From a virus (taxonomy: Duplodnaviria; Caudoviricetes), in the IMG/VR virus record IMGVR_UViG_3300044297_000134, positions 1-37,597 of that record: a stretch of DNA of 37,597 nucleotides, one strand, 5' to 3'. Positions 1 through 8,856 of the stretch are shown one piece after another (within the stretch, counting starts at the first letter, position 1; every line of letters begins with the position of its first letter). The translations under genes and the position numbers were made by a program. The notes below the pieces were generated by a model. It ran no database searches. It saw only the letters and a list, made by a program, of their open reading frames with translations, and was not told the origin of the DNA.

Positions 1-143
1 ACGACAGGAGCGCCAGAGGTGCCAGCGGTGGCGCTTCCGCTGCCGCCGGCACCCATGCTGCCGCCGCCGCCACCGCCACCACCCGCAGCAGCAGAGTTCG
101 CACCGCCGCTTCCGCCGCCGCCACCGAATGCGCTGATAGCGTT
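1..143. repeat. Terminal direct repeat (circular assembly overlap), copy 1
   Basis: 1-143 matches 37455-37597 except A17 vs C37471. The reading frame of the Gly-rich gene is continuous across the junction. Confidence 0.95.
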
Positions 144-1064
144 GATGCCGCTCGAGAACGTCGTTGTGCCGCCGATGCCGCCAGCGCCACCGGACAGACC
201 AGAACCGCCAGCCGCACCGGCCGTACCGCCAGCGCCGACGGTGATTGATTCAGTCGCGCCGAGGTCGGCCGCCGCGTAGGTGCGCTCGATACGCGCGCCG
301 CCACCGCCGCCACCACCGCCACAGCGAACGACTGCGCCGGTCTGCGAGGCACCACCACCACCGCCGCCGCCGCCACCGTAGGCAACGACGCGCACGAATT
401 TCGGGGTGAATGACGTCGGCTTCGTCCACGTCGCCGCGCCTGCCGTGGTGAACGATTGCGTATCAGTCATCGGCGCAACGGTCGGCGCTGCCCATGTGGC
501 ATCGGCGCGCAAAAACGTCGTCGTTCCTCCACCGCTGCCAGGGACAACGCCCTTTGCGCCAGACGTGAACGTGTCGAGATTTTGCGAGACCTGCGTAAAG
601 GTAAGATCTTCGACTGCGCCAGCCCCGGCCGTGAGTCGTCCTTTGATTACCGACGTCGAGATGTTGGCAAGTTTTGCGTTGCTGACAACGCTGTTTGCGA
701 TCGTCGTCGCCACCGTGCCGACGGTGGTTGTAACGTCGCCGGTCAGCGCGGGCATACGCGCAGCCGCAAGCGTGCCGCTCGTCAGATCCGCAGCGTTGCC
801 AGATGCGTTGATCGTTACGGTGCTATTCGCGCCGCCGTCGGCGATCGTAATGCCCGTGCCGGCGGTCAGCGCACGTTCGCCCGTCAGCGTAGCGTTGTTG
901 CCGATCGTGACGTATGCAGCGTTTGTCGGCGCACCGCCGCCGCCACCACCGCCACCGATCACGCCCGCGTCGATGTCATCCTCGATTGTTGCGAGGCGAG
1001 CATCGATCTTGCGCGTTTTGTAGCGGTCAGCGCCGTCGGTGCCGCGCTGCGTGGAGTAGGCCAC
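1..1064 (-). CDS. Glycine-rich tail fibre-like structural protein, 5' part (continues across the junction to 36971; about 515 aa total)
   Basis: Manual translation from GTG 1064: MAYSTQRGTDGADRYKTRKIDARL...TWTKPTSFTPKFVRVVAYGGGGGGGGG.... It is in frame with ORF 36971..37510 (ATG 37510 = position 56). The ORF track missed it because it runs off the end of the window. Confidence 0.85.
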   Translation of the reverse strand, partial: MAYSTQRGTDGADRYKTRKIDARLATIEDDIDAGVIGGGGGGGGAPTNAAYVTIGNNATLTGERALTAGTGITIADGGANSTVTINASGNAADLTSGTLAAARMPALTGDVTTTVGTVATTIANSVVSNAKLANISTSVIKGRLTAGAGAVEDLTFTQVSQNLDTFTSGAKGVVPGSGGGTTTFLRADATWAAPTVAPMTDTQSFTTAGAATWTKPTSFTPKFVRVVAYGGGGGGGGGASQTGAVVRCGGGGGGGGARIERTYAAADLGATESITVGAGGTAGAAGGSGLSGGAGGIGGTTTFSSGINAISAFGGGGGSGGANSAAAGGGGGGGGSMGAGGSGSATAGTSGAPV

Positions 1065-1067
1065 GGA

Positions 1068-2324
1068 TCAGCCCACCGCCAACGTCGCCGGCAGAGCGCC
1101 GGTTCCCATCGCCTGAAATTTCACGACGGGGAACGCGCCGCCAGCCTGCATGGTCGCGCGGAAGTCCGCCGACGGAAGCAATGCATACATACAGCCGCCG
1201 ATCTCGGTGCCAATCTGCAACGACACTTCGCGCGCCGTCGAAATCTGGCCCGCCGCAACGTCGCTGCCAAGCATCGACACAAGTTGCGGTGCGCCAGCGG
1301 CGTATGACCCGTTGTCGATGGCCTCAGGCAGCACCGTCGACGCGTCGCCCAGATAGAGTTCGCCTTCGATCATGAACGATTTGCCGTCGCCCGTGCCGCA
1401 CACGCCGCCGAGCTTGCCGTTCGTCCTCGACGATGTCTCGCGCATGGCGGTCGCGCAGTTGTACGTGATCGACGCGTTGCGCAGCAGGAATTCCACGCCA
1501 TCGAGACGGAAAATCGCGCCGTCGTTGACGAGCGGATTTCCAGCGGTCGGGTCAGCATAAGCGGGATTAGCTTCCGCCACGTCGGACCACGTCGTCGGCG
1601 AGAACGTCGACGACATCGTGACCAGACCCGTGTTCGGAACCGCGATGTTCATGCTCATCGGCGCGCAGCCGAAATAGTCGCGGCGCCAGTCTTCGCCTTC
1701 AGCGGCGAAAAACGCGTGGATGTGGCCCGTCACGCTGTCCGAGACGTCGTACACCGCGAGACGGTAGACGGTTGCGGCATTCGTCGGCGTTCCGCTGTAG
1801 GGGTGCTGCAACGTAACCGACGTGGTCGTGGCACCGCCGCCGGTTTCGACGCGGCCAATCTGCAAGCCCGACGACGTCGCAAACGCGATCACGGCGCCGT
1901 TCTGCACGTTGGCGGCAGCGGTGAACGCCACGACGCCAGTCGACGGCGTGTGACCCGCAGCGGCGATCGTCGGCGCGGCACCGGTCGTCGCGGGCGCAGC
2001 CGTGCCGAAAAGCGACTGCAACAGATAGCCCTGTTCGAGCTTGGTTTCCCACGTCGCGACAGCGGCGCCGGTGTTGGAGTTGACGCCCTTCATTTCAAGC
2101 ACCACCGAGACGTCGGCGGTGTCCTGCGCACCGCGAATGTGCGGATAGCGACGACCACCCAGCGACTTCAACGGACGCTCGATCGGCGTGCGCTGGCGAG
2201 GGAGGAACGATGCGCCGTCGTCGGTGATTTGCAGTGGAAAGAGCGAACCAGGCGTGCCGGTGAAGGTCGACGCGTTGGTATGCAGCGCATAACGCAGGGT
2301 CTGAAGGCGCAAAATGTCGGTCAT
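1068..2324 (-). CDS. Major tail tube protein
   Basis: 418 aa beta-rich protein after the tail terminator. The pattern YLLQSLFG...YFGCAPMSMNIAV..GLVTMSSTF resembles siphophage tail tubes. Confidence 0.75.
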   Translation of the reverse strand: MTDILRLQTLRYALHTNASTFTGTPGSLFPLQITDDGASFLPRQRTPIERPLKSLGGRRYPHIRGAQDTADVSVVLEMKGVNSNTGAAVATWETKLEQGYLLQSLFGTAAPATTGAAPTIAAAGHTPSTGVVAFTAAANVQNGAVIAFATSSGLQIGRVETGGGATTTSVTLQHPYSGTPTNAATVYRLAVYDVSDSVTGHIHAFFAAEGEDWRRDYFGCAPMSMNIAVPNTGLVTMSSTFSPTTWSDVAEANPAYADPTAGNPLVNDGAIFRLDGVEFLLRNASITYNCATAMRETSSRTNGKLGGVCGTGDGKSFMIEGELYLGDASTVLPEAIDNGSYAAGAPQLVSMLGSDVAAGQISTAREVSLQIGTEIGGCMYALLPSADFRATMQAGGAFPVVKFQAMGTGALPATLAVG

Positions 2325-2770
2325 CGCGTGAACCTCACTTCAAGGGTAATTCGCAGTCGCTTGCCGCCCTCGACGTCTTCGACGACGAACGGGGCGATGT
2401 TATCACCGGCGGCGGACACGGCGATAATCGTTGACGTCGGGCGCTGCCAGTTGGCCGAGTTTGACAAGGCGCGGGTGATCTCTACCGCGTCTTCGACGAT
2501 AGCAAGATCCATCGTCGCGCTGTCGACGTCGAAAACGTATTCCACGACGACGTCGAGCGAGACGACGTAGTGCGTTGTCGTCGGTTGGACGTGGCCCAGC
2601 GCGTTGCCGCGCTTCACCGACAACCAGAAACGACGGCTATCCCCGACGGGTTCGCCCTCGCTGCCGTTGTCGTCGTGCTTGAATTTCGGCGGCAGCCCTT
2701 GGCGCTTCACCGTCGGGGCGACGGCGCCGACGATGGAGACAAGCACGGGACGCGCGGATGCCCAGCTCAT
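2321..2770 (-). CDS. Putative tail terminator/completion protein
   Basis: 149 aa, between the head-tail adaptor and tail tube, with 4-nt gene overlaps and a terminal beta-strand RLRITLEVRF. Confidence 0.6.
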   Translation of the reverse strand: MSWASARPVLVSIVGAVAPTVKRQGLPPKFKHDDNGSEGEPVGDSRRFWLSVKRGNALGHVQPTTTHYVVSLDVVVEYVFDVDSATMDLAIVEDAVEITRALSNSANWQRPTSTIIAVSAAGDNIAPFVVEDVEGGKRLRITLEVRFTR

Positions 2771-3675
2771 CGTGAGATCCGAAGGAAGCGCGGCTCTTGC
2801 GATCCCGGTTCGGGCACGTTTGGCGTCACGCTAGTTTGCGATGCCGTAATGAAATCGATTCTGTCCCACGTCGTCTGTTTCGTCTGCTCGTAGGTGGCTT
2901 CGAGACGTTGCACGTATTCCGTCGACGCCTGTGGCCACTGGCGCGCCAGGTGGAGCACGACCGCTGCCGCGTGCATCGGCAACACGAGGTCGTCAGTCAT
3001 GATGTCTTCGTCGAGCACGCCGCGAGCGGCGAGCGATGGCGAAACCATGACCTCCCACGCAGCGTTGATCGCTTCTTCCAGCGTCGTGTCAGTCGCCGAC
3101 GCGAGCTTGCGGACGACAGGGTAGGTTTGTGTCAGTCCCGTTGGTGTCAGTGCGATCGACGTTAGGCGACGTACAACGCGGAATGGCTCTTCCCATTCGC
3201 GCGTGACACCATCGACGACGGCGCGAAAAAGCACATAGCCGGCGCCGGTTTGGTTTGTCTGCGTCGACGTGAGCGCGACCGTGATCGCGATGCCTTTGAC
3301 CGTCGAGCCGTTGGCGACGTCGCACGGCAGCGGCTCGGCGAGGCGAAGTTCGTTTGATGAACCGCTACGCGTTGCGACGACAACGATCTCGCGGCCGTTC
3401 TGCGCGTCGGTGATCAGATAACGTCGGCCAGAAATGATTGCGACCGATGCCGCCAGCGTGATCGAGTCGCTGCCCTCTTGATGCGCGCCTTGCGTCGTCG
3501 TCGATAGACTGTCGATTGTCGCCGCAACGTAGGCAGTTGGATCGTCGGATCCGTTTGCCGCCACGCGTCGCGCCGTCGCCGATGTGGCGACGTGAGACGT
3601 CAACGTCCCGTCCGCGTGAAGGCGCGGATAGGACGTGATCGTCTCCGTCGAGTTCAACAGGACGCGCAGCACCAT
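2767..3675 (-). CDS. Putative head-tail adaptor/neck protein
   Basis: 302 aa with a beta-rich N-terminus and helical C-terminus. First gene of the neck/tail block. Confidence 0.6.
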   Translation of the reverse strand: MVLRVLLNSTETITSYPRLHADGTLTSHVATSATARRVAANGSDDPTAYVAATIDSLSTTTQGAHQEGSDSITLAASVAIISGRRYLITDAQNGREIVVVATRSGSSNELRLAEPLPCDVANGSTVKGIAITVALTSTQTNQTGAGYVLFRAVVDGVTREWEEPFRVVRRLTSIALTPTGLTQTYPVVRKLASATDTTLEEAINAAWEVMVSPSLAARGVLDEDIMTDDLVLPMHAAAVVLHLARQWPQASTEYVQRLEATYEQTKQTTWDRIDFITASQTSVTPNVPEPGSQEPRFLRISR

Positions 3676-3711
3676 GACTTACATAATAGCGCGAACGCCC
3701 GCCGATGTCGA
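3676..3711 (-). promoter_or_regulatory. sigma70-like promoter, probably leaderless
   Basis: TCGACA (3711-3706), 17 nt, TATTAT (3688-3683), 7 nt, ATG 3675. No SD sequence. Confidence 0.6.
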
Positions 3712-3924
3712 CGGTCCGCCACTGCCGCGCGCGCGACGCTGGCGCCGCTTCTTGGCGGTCTCCTCTTCCTCGCCTTCGTCATCCTCGACGTCGTGCACTG
3801 TCACGGGTGATGCGCTGTTGAGCAGGCGAACGGAGACGACCTTGGCGACGACGGCGCCCACTTCCATGCCAAAGCCTACGGCAATGCACTCAAGGATCGT
3901 AACGACGATGTCGATCAGGTCCAT
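3679..3924 (-). CDS. Small predicted membrane protein
   Basis: ATG 3924 overlaps the upstream stop (TGATG). Hydrophobic N-terminus MDLIDIVVTILECIAVGFG and a charged tail. Confidence 0.55.
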   Translation of the reverse strand: MDLIDIVVTILECIAVGFGMEVGAVVAKVVSVRLLNSASPVTVHDVEDDEGEEEETAKKRRQRRARGSGGPSTSAGVRAIM

Positions 3925-4697
3925 CACGCCCTCCCATCGTAGCACTTGCCATCGCGCCAGAAACGCTGCGCGGTGTAGATGACGACGTCGGCGGTAAAAC
4001 GCCCACTTTCGCGCTCGATGTAGAATTCTCCATGCCCCTGCGTCCATCCAGTCGGGCCTTTCAGGTAACTTGCCTCGTCGACAGGGCAGAGACACGGGAT
4101 CCCGAAACCGCCGCGCACGTGCTGCGACCCTTCGGGGCCGGCGACCGGGATCGTGTAAATCTGCGCGCGGTGACAGTGGCCAATGACGAGCGAGGTTCCA
4201 TAGCGCAGCAGATGTTGCTTCGCATAGGCGTCGCCCGCGTAGACGCCGTGGGTGAAGCCCAGGTGTCCGAGCTTGAACACATCACCGTACTTCGTCGACG
4301 TGATACCAAAATCGATCAGCCCTAGCGCCGACTGCCACGTTTCGCGCCCGCGCAGCGTCGGTGCCTTCTTCGCCACGTAACGCACGTAGCGATGTTCGTG
4401 ATTGCCCTCGACGTAGTGGATCGGGCGTTTGCCCATGATCTTGCGCAGGCGGGCGAGCTCGGCGCGGACTGCTTCAACCTCGACGGCGAAGTCAGGTGCG
4501 GGCGTTCCGTCCTCGTGCAGCGAGACAGACAGGAAATCGGCGAAATCGCCGTTAATGATCAGCCGGTCGGGCTTGATGTCTTGCAGGCGCGCGAGAAACG
4601 CACGCCAGGCAAAGACGTCGTGATAGGGGACGTGCACGTCAGAGCACACGACCACCAATTCGGCGTCCTTGCGCGCCCATTTCTTTCGCGCTGCCAT
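3924..4697 (-). CDS. Calcineurin-like metallophosphoesterase
   Basis: Motifs SDVH, GDFAD, GNHE, THG and GHCH in canonical order. Start placed at MAARKK. Confidence 0.9.
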   Translation of the reverse strand: MAARKKWARKDAELVVVCSDVHVPYHDVFAWRAFLARLQDIKPDRLIINGDFADFLSVSLHEDGTPAPDFAVEVEAVRAELARLRKIMGKRPIHYVEGNHEHRYVRYVAKKAPTLRGRETWQSALGLIDFGITSTKYGDVFKLGHLGFTHGVYAGDAYAKQHLLRYGTSLVIGHCHRAQIYTIPVAGPEGSQHVRGGFGIPCLCPVDEASYLKGPTGWTQGHGEFYIERESGRFTADVVIYTAQRFWRDGKCYDGRA

Positions 4698-4705
4698 GAT
4701 GCCCC

Positions 4706-5245
4706 CTAGGCTTTGTGAACCGCTCGCACCCCGCGCACGCGGTAGGTCTTGACGCGCGTCCCCCACGTCGTCGAGCCTTCAAGCCTCACAGCGTCAAGTT
4801 GTGCCTCACGCCCCGTCGCTGGATCGGCGTAGATGATGCGCTTGTTCCCGCTGGCGTCGTATTCCTCACGCAGCGCAAGGACGAAATGGTCGCCGAATGC
4901 GTCGCCGCTATGGTCGACATGCAGGATGGCGAGTCCGCCAGTGCGGAAGGCCTCGCCAATCGAACCGCGCAAAAGCGACGGCTCGGCCGCGTTGATCTTG
5001 TAGTCGGTCTTCAGGCCTGCCAACGCAGCGAGTTTGCCAGTCAATGCCGACGAATGCAGGAACGCGGATTCAGCGATGCCGCGTCGATTCAACATCGGCG
5101 GCAACATTTCTACGCCGGTCAGTTCGCGCGCGGCCTCGCAAAGGCAAACGAGCATGCAGCCAGACCCGCCGATCGTGCTCGGGCCATAGCCGAGCACATC
5201 CGCAGACCAGCGCGGATCAGCCTGCCTGTATCGGGCCGGCATCAC
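4706..5245 (-). CDS. C39-like cysteine peptidase, candidate endolysin
   Basis: YRQADPRW...IGGSGCML (catalytic Cys), DHFVL (His), YADPA (Asp). Adjacent to small membrane-protein genes. Confidence 0.75.
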   Translation of the reverse strand: MMPARYRQADPRWSADVLGYGPSTIGGSGCMLVCLCEAARELTGVEMLPPMLNRRGIAESAFLHSSALTGKLAALAGLKTDYKINAAEPSLLRGSIGEAFRTGGLAILHVDHSGDAFGDHFVLALREEYDASGNKRIIYADPATGREAQLDAVRLEGSTTWGTRVKTYRVRGVRAVHKA

Positions 5246-5463
5246 TTGCCGCCCGGCAGCTTCAGCTTCGTGATCGAATCGGCGATCACGTCGGCGGCGT
5301 CGGCGGCAGCGTCGTTGCTCGGGTCTTTGTCTGCGTGCGCGCGCTTGGCGTACGACCGAAGCATCCCGACGACGACGTCACGCGCGAAGAGTGCCAGCAA
5401 CATCGCGGCAATGCTGGCGGCACCGTGAGGCGAAATCAGATCCTTAGTGAACATTTCAAGCAT
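5242..5463 (-). CDS. Putative holin-like membrane protein
   Basis: 73 aa with a hydrophobic segment AASIAAMLLALFA, directly upstream of the peptidase. Confidence 0.5.
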   Translation of the reverse strand: MLEMFTKDLISPHGAASIAAMLLALFARDVVVGMLRSYAKRAHADKDPSNDAAADAADVIADSITKLKLPGGK

Positions 5464-5704
5464 GGGAACGACCCTCCGAAATCTTGTTCAATGCCGCATC
5501 GATGCGGTCGAAGCGACGATCGAGGTCGTCACGCAGGCGATCGACGGCGCCACGTACGGCGTCAAGCGATTCCTTGCTCGCCTTGTCGCTGCGCACCTCG
5601 GCGACGAGTTCCTCGAGGCGACGGACGCGCGCCTGCAAGGCTGCCCACGACGCAGCACCGCCGGTAGCGGCAGACAGAATCCCGATCACGATCTGTTCGG
5701 TCAC
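5456..5704 (-). CDS. Small TM + coiled-coil protein (lysis-associated?)
   Basis: GTG 5704 overlaps the upstream stop. TEQIVIGILSAATGGAASW is followed by a heptad-like segment. Confidence 0.55.
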   Translation of the reverse strand: MTEQIVIGILSAATGGAASWAALQARVRRLEELVAEVRSDKASKESLDAVRGAVDRLRDDLDRRFDRIDAALNKISEGRSHA

Positions 5705-6234
5705 GGCACGCCCCCATCGACAGCAGAGAGGTCGAAAGCCTCGGTGCGCTCCTCTGGCGAAGGTCCGCCACCCCACTGCACCGGGGCAAAGACCGGCGCG
5801 CTAGGCGTCAGAATAGCCGCCGCTGCGTCGAGCGCGCCTTCGACCGCCGCGTCTCCCGTGCCGGTCAGCGCCTCGCGCCACGAACGAGCCTGCGCGCGCG
5901 TCATGGCCATAGCGACCATGCAGCCCGCGTCCTTCGGCATCGTGCGAAAGCCGCTGATCGCGTTGGCTTCCATCATGGCGAACAGCGCGCGCGCGGCTGC
6001 GGCCTCTGGCACGTCGAGCCCCGACACTTCGCCAGGACGATCGCCGCCCCCCTCAAGCAAAACGGCGCATTGATCGGCGCGCGGTTCAGCGATCAAGACG
6101 CAGTCGCCATCGGGCGGTGCACACTCGATCGTGAACGAACCAGACGGCGCGAGCAGCGATGACAGCGCGGCGAACCCACCGGCTACGCTGCCGCCGACCA
6201 GAACGAGCAATCCGGCGATTTGGTTTCGATTCAT
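5701..6234 (-). CDS. Exported or membrane-anchored hypothetical protein
   Basis: Start MNRNQIAGLLVLVGGSVAGGFAALSSLL (signal/anchor-like), 4 Cys, ATGA overlap with the upstream gene. Confidence 0.7.
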   Translation of the reverse strand: MNRNQIAGLLVLVGGSVAGGFAALSSLLAPSGSFTIECAPPDGDCVLIAEPRADQCAVLLEGGGDRPGEVSGLDVPEAAAARALFAMMEANAISGFRTMPKDAGCMVAMAMTRAQARSWREALTGTGDAAVEGALDAAAAILTPSAPVFAPVQWGGGPSPEERTEAFDLSAVDGGVP

Positions 6235-8423
6235 GGAGCCACCGCGGGCGTCACGACGGACGACCAGAGACGCACGCGCGAAATCAGACACATCGGCGCC
6301 GCCGCCGTTGAGCCTGTCGTGCCGAGGTAGAGAAACGACGACGCCACGGTCGGCAGCGTGGCAAGCGTATCGGTGCCCGTCGAAGTGCCGTCGTAGAACG
6401 CTTCGATGCTGTTGGTCGCCATCGTCTGCCGCAACTTGTGCAACACACCGTCGGAGACGTCGCCGCTACCTGCAATGATCGACCACTGCGCCGTCGTTAC
6501 CGTGCCTTCGCCGACAGCACGGTCAGCCGTCGCGTCGATACCGAGTCGTGCATAGTTCGCCGTTCCTGTTCCAACGCTCGCGAACGTCGACGAGGTGGCC
6601 ACATCCCACGACGGGCAGAGCACCTGCACGTCCATCGTCGATGGGTCGCCCGTGTAATGCGACGCGCCGTCAAATCGCACGTCGTCGGCGTTGCGCGCGA
6701 CACTTGCCGTCGTCGTCGCCAAATACGACGTCATCGTCGGGTACGCTTCGACGCGCACGCCCCAGAAGCCGCAATCGGCGGTCGCATCGGCGTCGGTGTA
6801 CGTCGTCACGCCGTCGGACGGAGCGCAGAGTAGGTCGTGGTCGTGCAACGCAGCGGTGCCCGCGTAGGCGATGCTCATGCGGCACAGATTGACGTCGGCG
6901 ACGCCGTCGCCCGTGGTGTCGATGGGCCACCGTTGTGCGCGAGCATGGATGACGCCAGCCTGCACGGTCTTGACGGCGGCGGCGCAGTCCTCGCCGACGG
7001 TACACGAACCCGACGTGCAGGTCGCCACATCGAACCACGCGGCGCCGCTGACGATGGTGTTGTCGCGCAACACAGCGAACGTCTGCGCGCCGGCCTTCGC
7101 CCACGCCGAAAACGTGTGCGTTGCTGCCGTCAGCGTGATCGACTGTCGCAACCCGTGCTCGGCGAGGCTGTTGTTTCCGTCGACGTCATCGCCCGTGACG
7201 GTCAGGTCTGCGCCAGCCCACGCATCGGCGAGCACATTGTCGCCAACGGTGATGGGCGTCCACGTCGTGCCGAGCGTCTGCGATTGAAGCGCGATGTTCG
7301 ACGCGGCCGGCTCGCTCATGTAGCCGGCGACGGCGGTGCCGCCTGAATAGGTGCGACGGGCGATGCGTGGGAGGGTGCTGCCGTAGCTGTATAGGTGGCG
7401 CACGTTTCCGTCGACGACGTCGACGTTTGCGCTCGTCGCGCGCGTAAGGGTTGTGGGTGCAGCGGTGCCAGCGGCAATGCTAGGCGTCACGCCGAATGCA
7501 GTCGCAACACGAGCGCGCGCAATCGCCGCCCATTGTGTCGGGTTCGTCGCGCCGCCGGCCATGCATTGCGGCGTCCCCGACGGACACTTCCAAATGCGCA
7601 TTGATTCAATCGGGCCGACCGCCATTGAAGACGACGCAGCACCGCCGATGTTGAACGCCGTTGCGTTCGACAGCGTCGTCGACCGTGCGCTGACGTTGAC
7701 GCCAGTTCCTGCGCCGGCATTCAGATAGAAGATCGCGCCGTTGGTCGTCGCCTCGTCTCGGTCAACGAAGACCATCGCATGGGCGAATTGTCCTGCGACC
7801 GTTCCGGCCGATGATACCGACGTCGTCGTCGACGCGGTGCGCATCTCGAATGCATAGCTGTTTGCGCCGCTGCTTTGTCGCAGAGCATAGCCGTCGGTCC
7901 CGGCAAGGCCCTTGTCGAAGACCTTACCATTGGCCGTCGACGTCGACTTGAGCACGAATTCAACGACGAAGTCTTCCGTCGTGATGTCGCCGACTGACGA
8001 CGACGCGGCCGCATGGGTCTTTGCCGTCGCCGAATAGGACACGCCGCGCTCGGTCGAGTCGATCGCGTGAAATGGCGTGTTGATGGTCGTCGTCGGCGAC
8101 GAGCCCGTCCCGGCTTCAGCGAGTGTGACAGCACCGCTGCCGTCGCGGCATGACCAGTTGGTGCCCGAGATGCCCTGCGCATCGCACGCCAGTACCAGCG
8201 TCATCGACACGCTGTTGACCGTGAGGCTATCGCTCAGGTCGTTTGGCGTGGTGTAGCCGGCGACCAAGTCGAAGCTCGGCGATGGGACGACGACGCCGAC
8301 GGGCGGGCGAGAAAATCCGCTGTCACTACCGACGACGAACGACTCCTCGCCGAGGACGAATTGTGCGCGCGCGCCGCCGGAGAGCAGCGCGAGCGCGGCG
8401 ATGAAGCGCCAATGGCGGCTCAC
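6231..8423 (-). CDS. LamG/ConA-like lectin and head-spike-fibre-like protein with Sec signal peptide (730 aa)
   Basis: GTG 8423 overlaps the upstream stop. N-terminus MSRHWRFIAALALLSGGARA/QF. LamG-like motifs (DFVVEFVLK, FAHAMVFVD, IESMRIW) and spike-fibre-like motifs (TLTRATSA...PR...GYMSEPAASNI; GVRVEA..TSYLATTTASVARNAD). Confidence 0.75.
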   Translation of the reverse strand: MSRHWRFIAALALLSGGARAQFVLGEESFVVGSDSGFSRPPVGVVVPSPSFDLVAGYTTPNDLSDSLTVNSVSMTLVLACDAQGISGTNWSCRDGSGAVTLAEAGTGSSPTTTINTPFHAIDSTERGVSYSATAKTHAAASSSVGDITTEDFVVEFVLKSTSTANGKVFDKGLAGTDGYALRQSSGANSYAFEMRTASTTTSVSSAGTVAGQFAHAMVFVDRDEATTNGAIFYLNAGAGTGVNVSARSTTLSNATAFNIGGAASSSMAVGPIESMRIWKCPSGTPQCMAGGATNPTQWAAIARARVATAFGVTPSIAAGTAAPTTLTRATSANVDVVDGNVRHLYSYGSTLPRIARRTYSGGTAVAGYMSEPAASNIALQSQTLGTTWTPITVGDNVLADAWAGADLTVTGDDVDGNNSLAEHGLRQSITLTAATHTFSAWAKAGAQTFAVLRDNTIVSGAAWFDVATCTSGSCTVGEDCAAAVKTVQAGVIHARAQRWPIDTTGDGVADVNLCRMSIAYAGTAALHDHDLLCAPSDGVTTYTDADATADCGFWGVRVEAYPTMTSYLATTTASVARNADDVRFDGASHYTGDPSTMDVQVLCPSWDVATSSTFASVGTGTANYARLGIDATADRAVGEGTVTTAQWSIIAGSGDVSDGVLHKLRQTMATNSIEAFYDGTSTGTDTLATLPTVASSFLYLGTTGSTAAAPMCLISRVRLWSSVVTPAVAP

Positions 8424-8818
8424 TGCGCCGTCACCAGGAAGCGGCATTGCAGCACCGTGGTGCCGGCCGTCGTGATGCAGCGTTCGGGCGTCTGCACGTT
8501 GGCCCCGAAACGGTCGCCGCTCGCATAGTCGACGCCGTTCGACGTCGTCAACGCGGAGCCGCCGCCGGTCTTGCTGCCGACGGTCACGGCGCCCTTGGCC
8601 GTGCATTCGTACGAGATGAGGTTGAATCCGCCGGTCGGTTGGATGGCGATGCCGCCCGCCGTCGTGTCGCACGTGATGCGCTCACTGCGCGGGAAGGCGG
8701 GGCCAACCTTGACCGCAGCGTCGCGCACGGCCTCGATGACCGTGGCTGGCATACTGAAGGCGTAGACTGCGCCAGCGAACAAGAGCACGCCAGCAGCGAG
8801 GATAAGACGGTTTCGCAT
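8420..8818 (-). CDS. Small beta-sandwich protein (spike-base-like) with Sec signal peptide
   Basis: MRNRLILAAGVLLFAGAVYA/F signal peptide, motif GAVTVG...ALTTSNGVDYASGD, 4 Cys. Confidence 0.7.
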   Translation of the reverse strand: MRNRLILAAGVLLFAGAVYAFSMPATVIEAVRDAAVKVGPAFPRSERITCDTTAGGIAIQPTGGFNLISYECTAKGAVTVGSKTGGGSALTTSNGVDYASGDRFGANVQTPERCITTAGTTVLQCRFLVTAQ

Positions 8819-8853
8819 GGGCTGAATTTACCCCACAAAAGGGAACGCGTCAA
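8819..8853 (-). promoter_or_regulatory. sigma70-like promoter, leaderless, for the signal-peptide operon
   Basis: TTGACG (8853-8848), 17 nt, TAAATT (8830-8825), 6 nt, ATG 8818. Confidence 0.7.
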
Positions 8854-8856
8854 AGC

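Noticed and set aside
19-1023. Pro-rich plus-strand ORFs (19-279, 406-1023, also 36954-37145)
   Set aside because: These are antisense shadows of the GGC/GGT-rich fibre gene.
3677-3705. TTATGTAAGT as the XerD arm of a dif-like attP site
   Set aside because: There is no recognisable XerC arm at the right spacing, and the motif occurs in several copies at promoters.
8424-8672. ORF-track N-terminal extension of the 813-aa ORF (likewise those of 27556, 29276, 11851 and 14906)
   Set aside because: The extensions overlap neighbouring genes and have off-frame composition. Coupled starts or SD sites indicate shorter genes.
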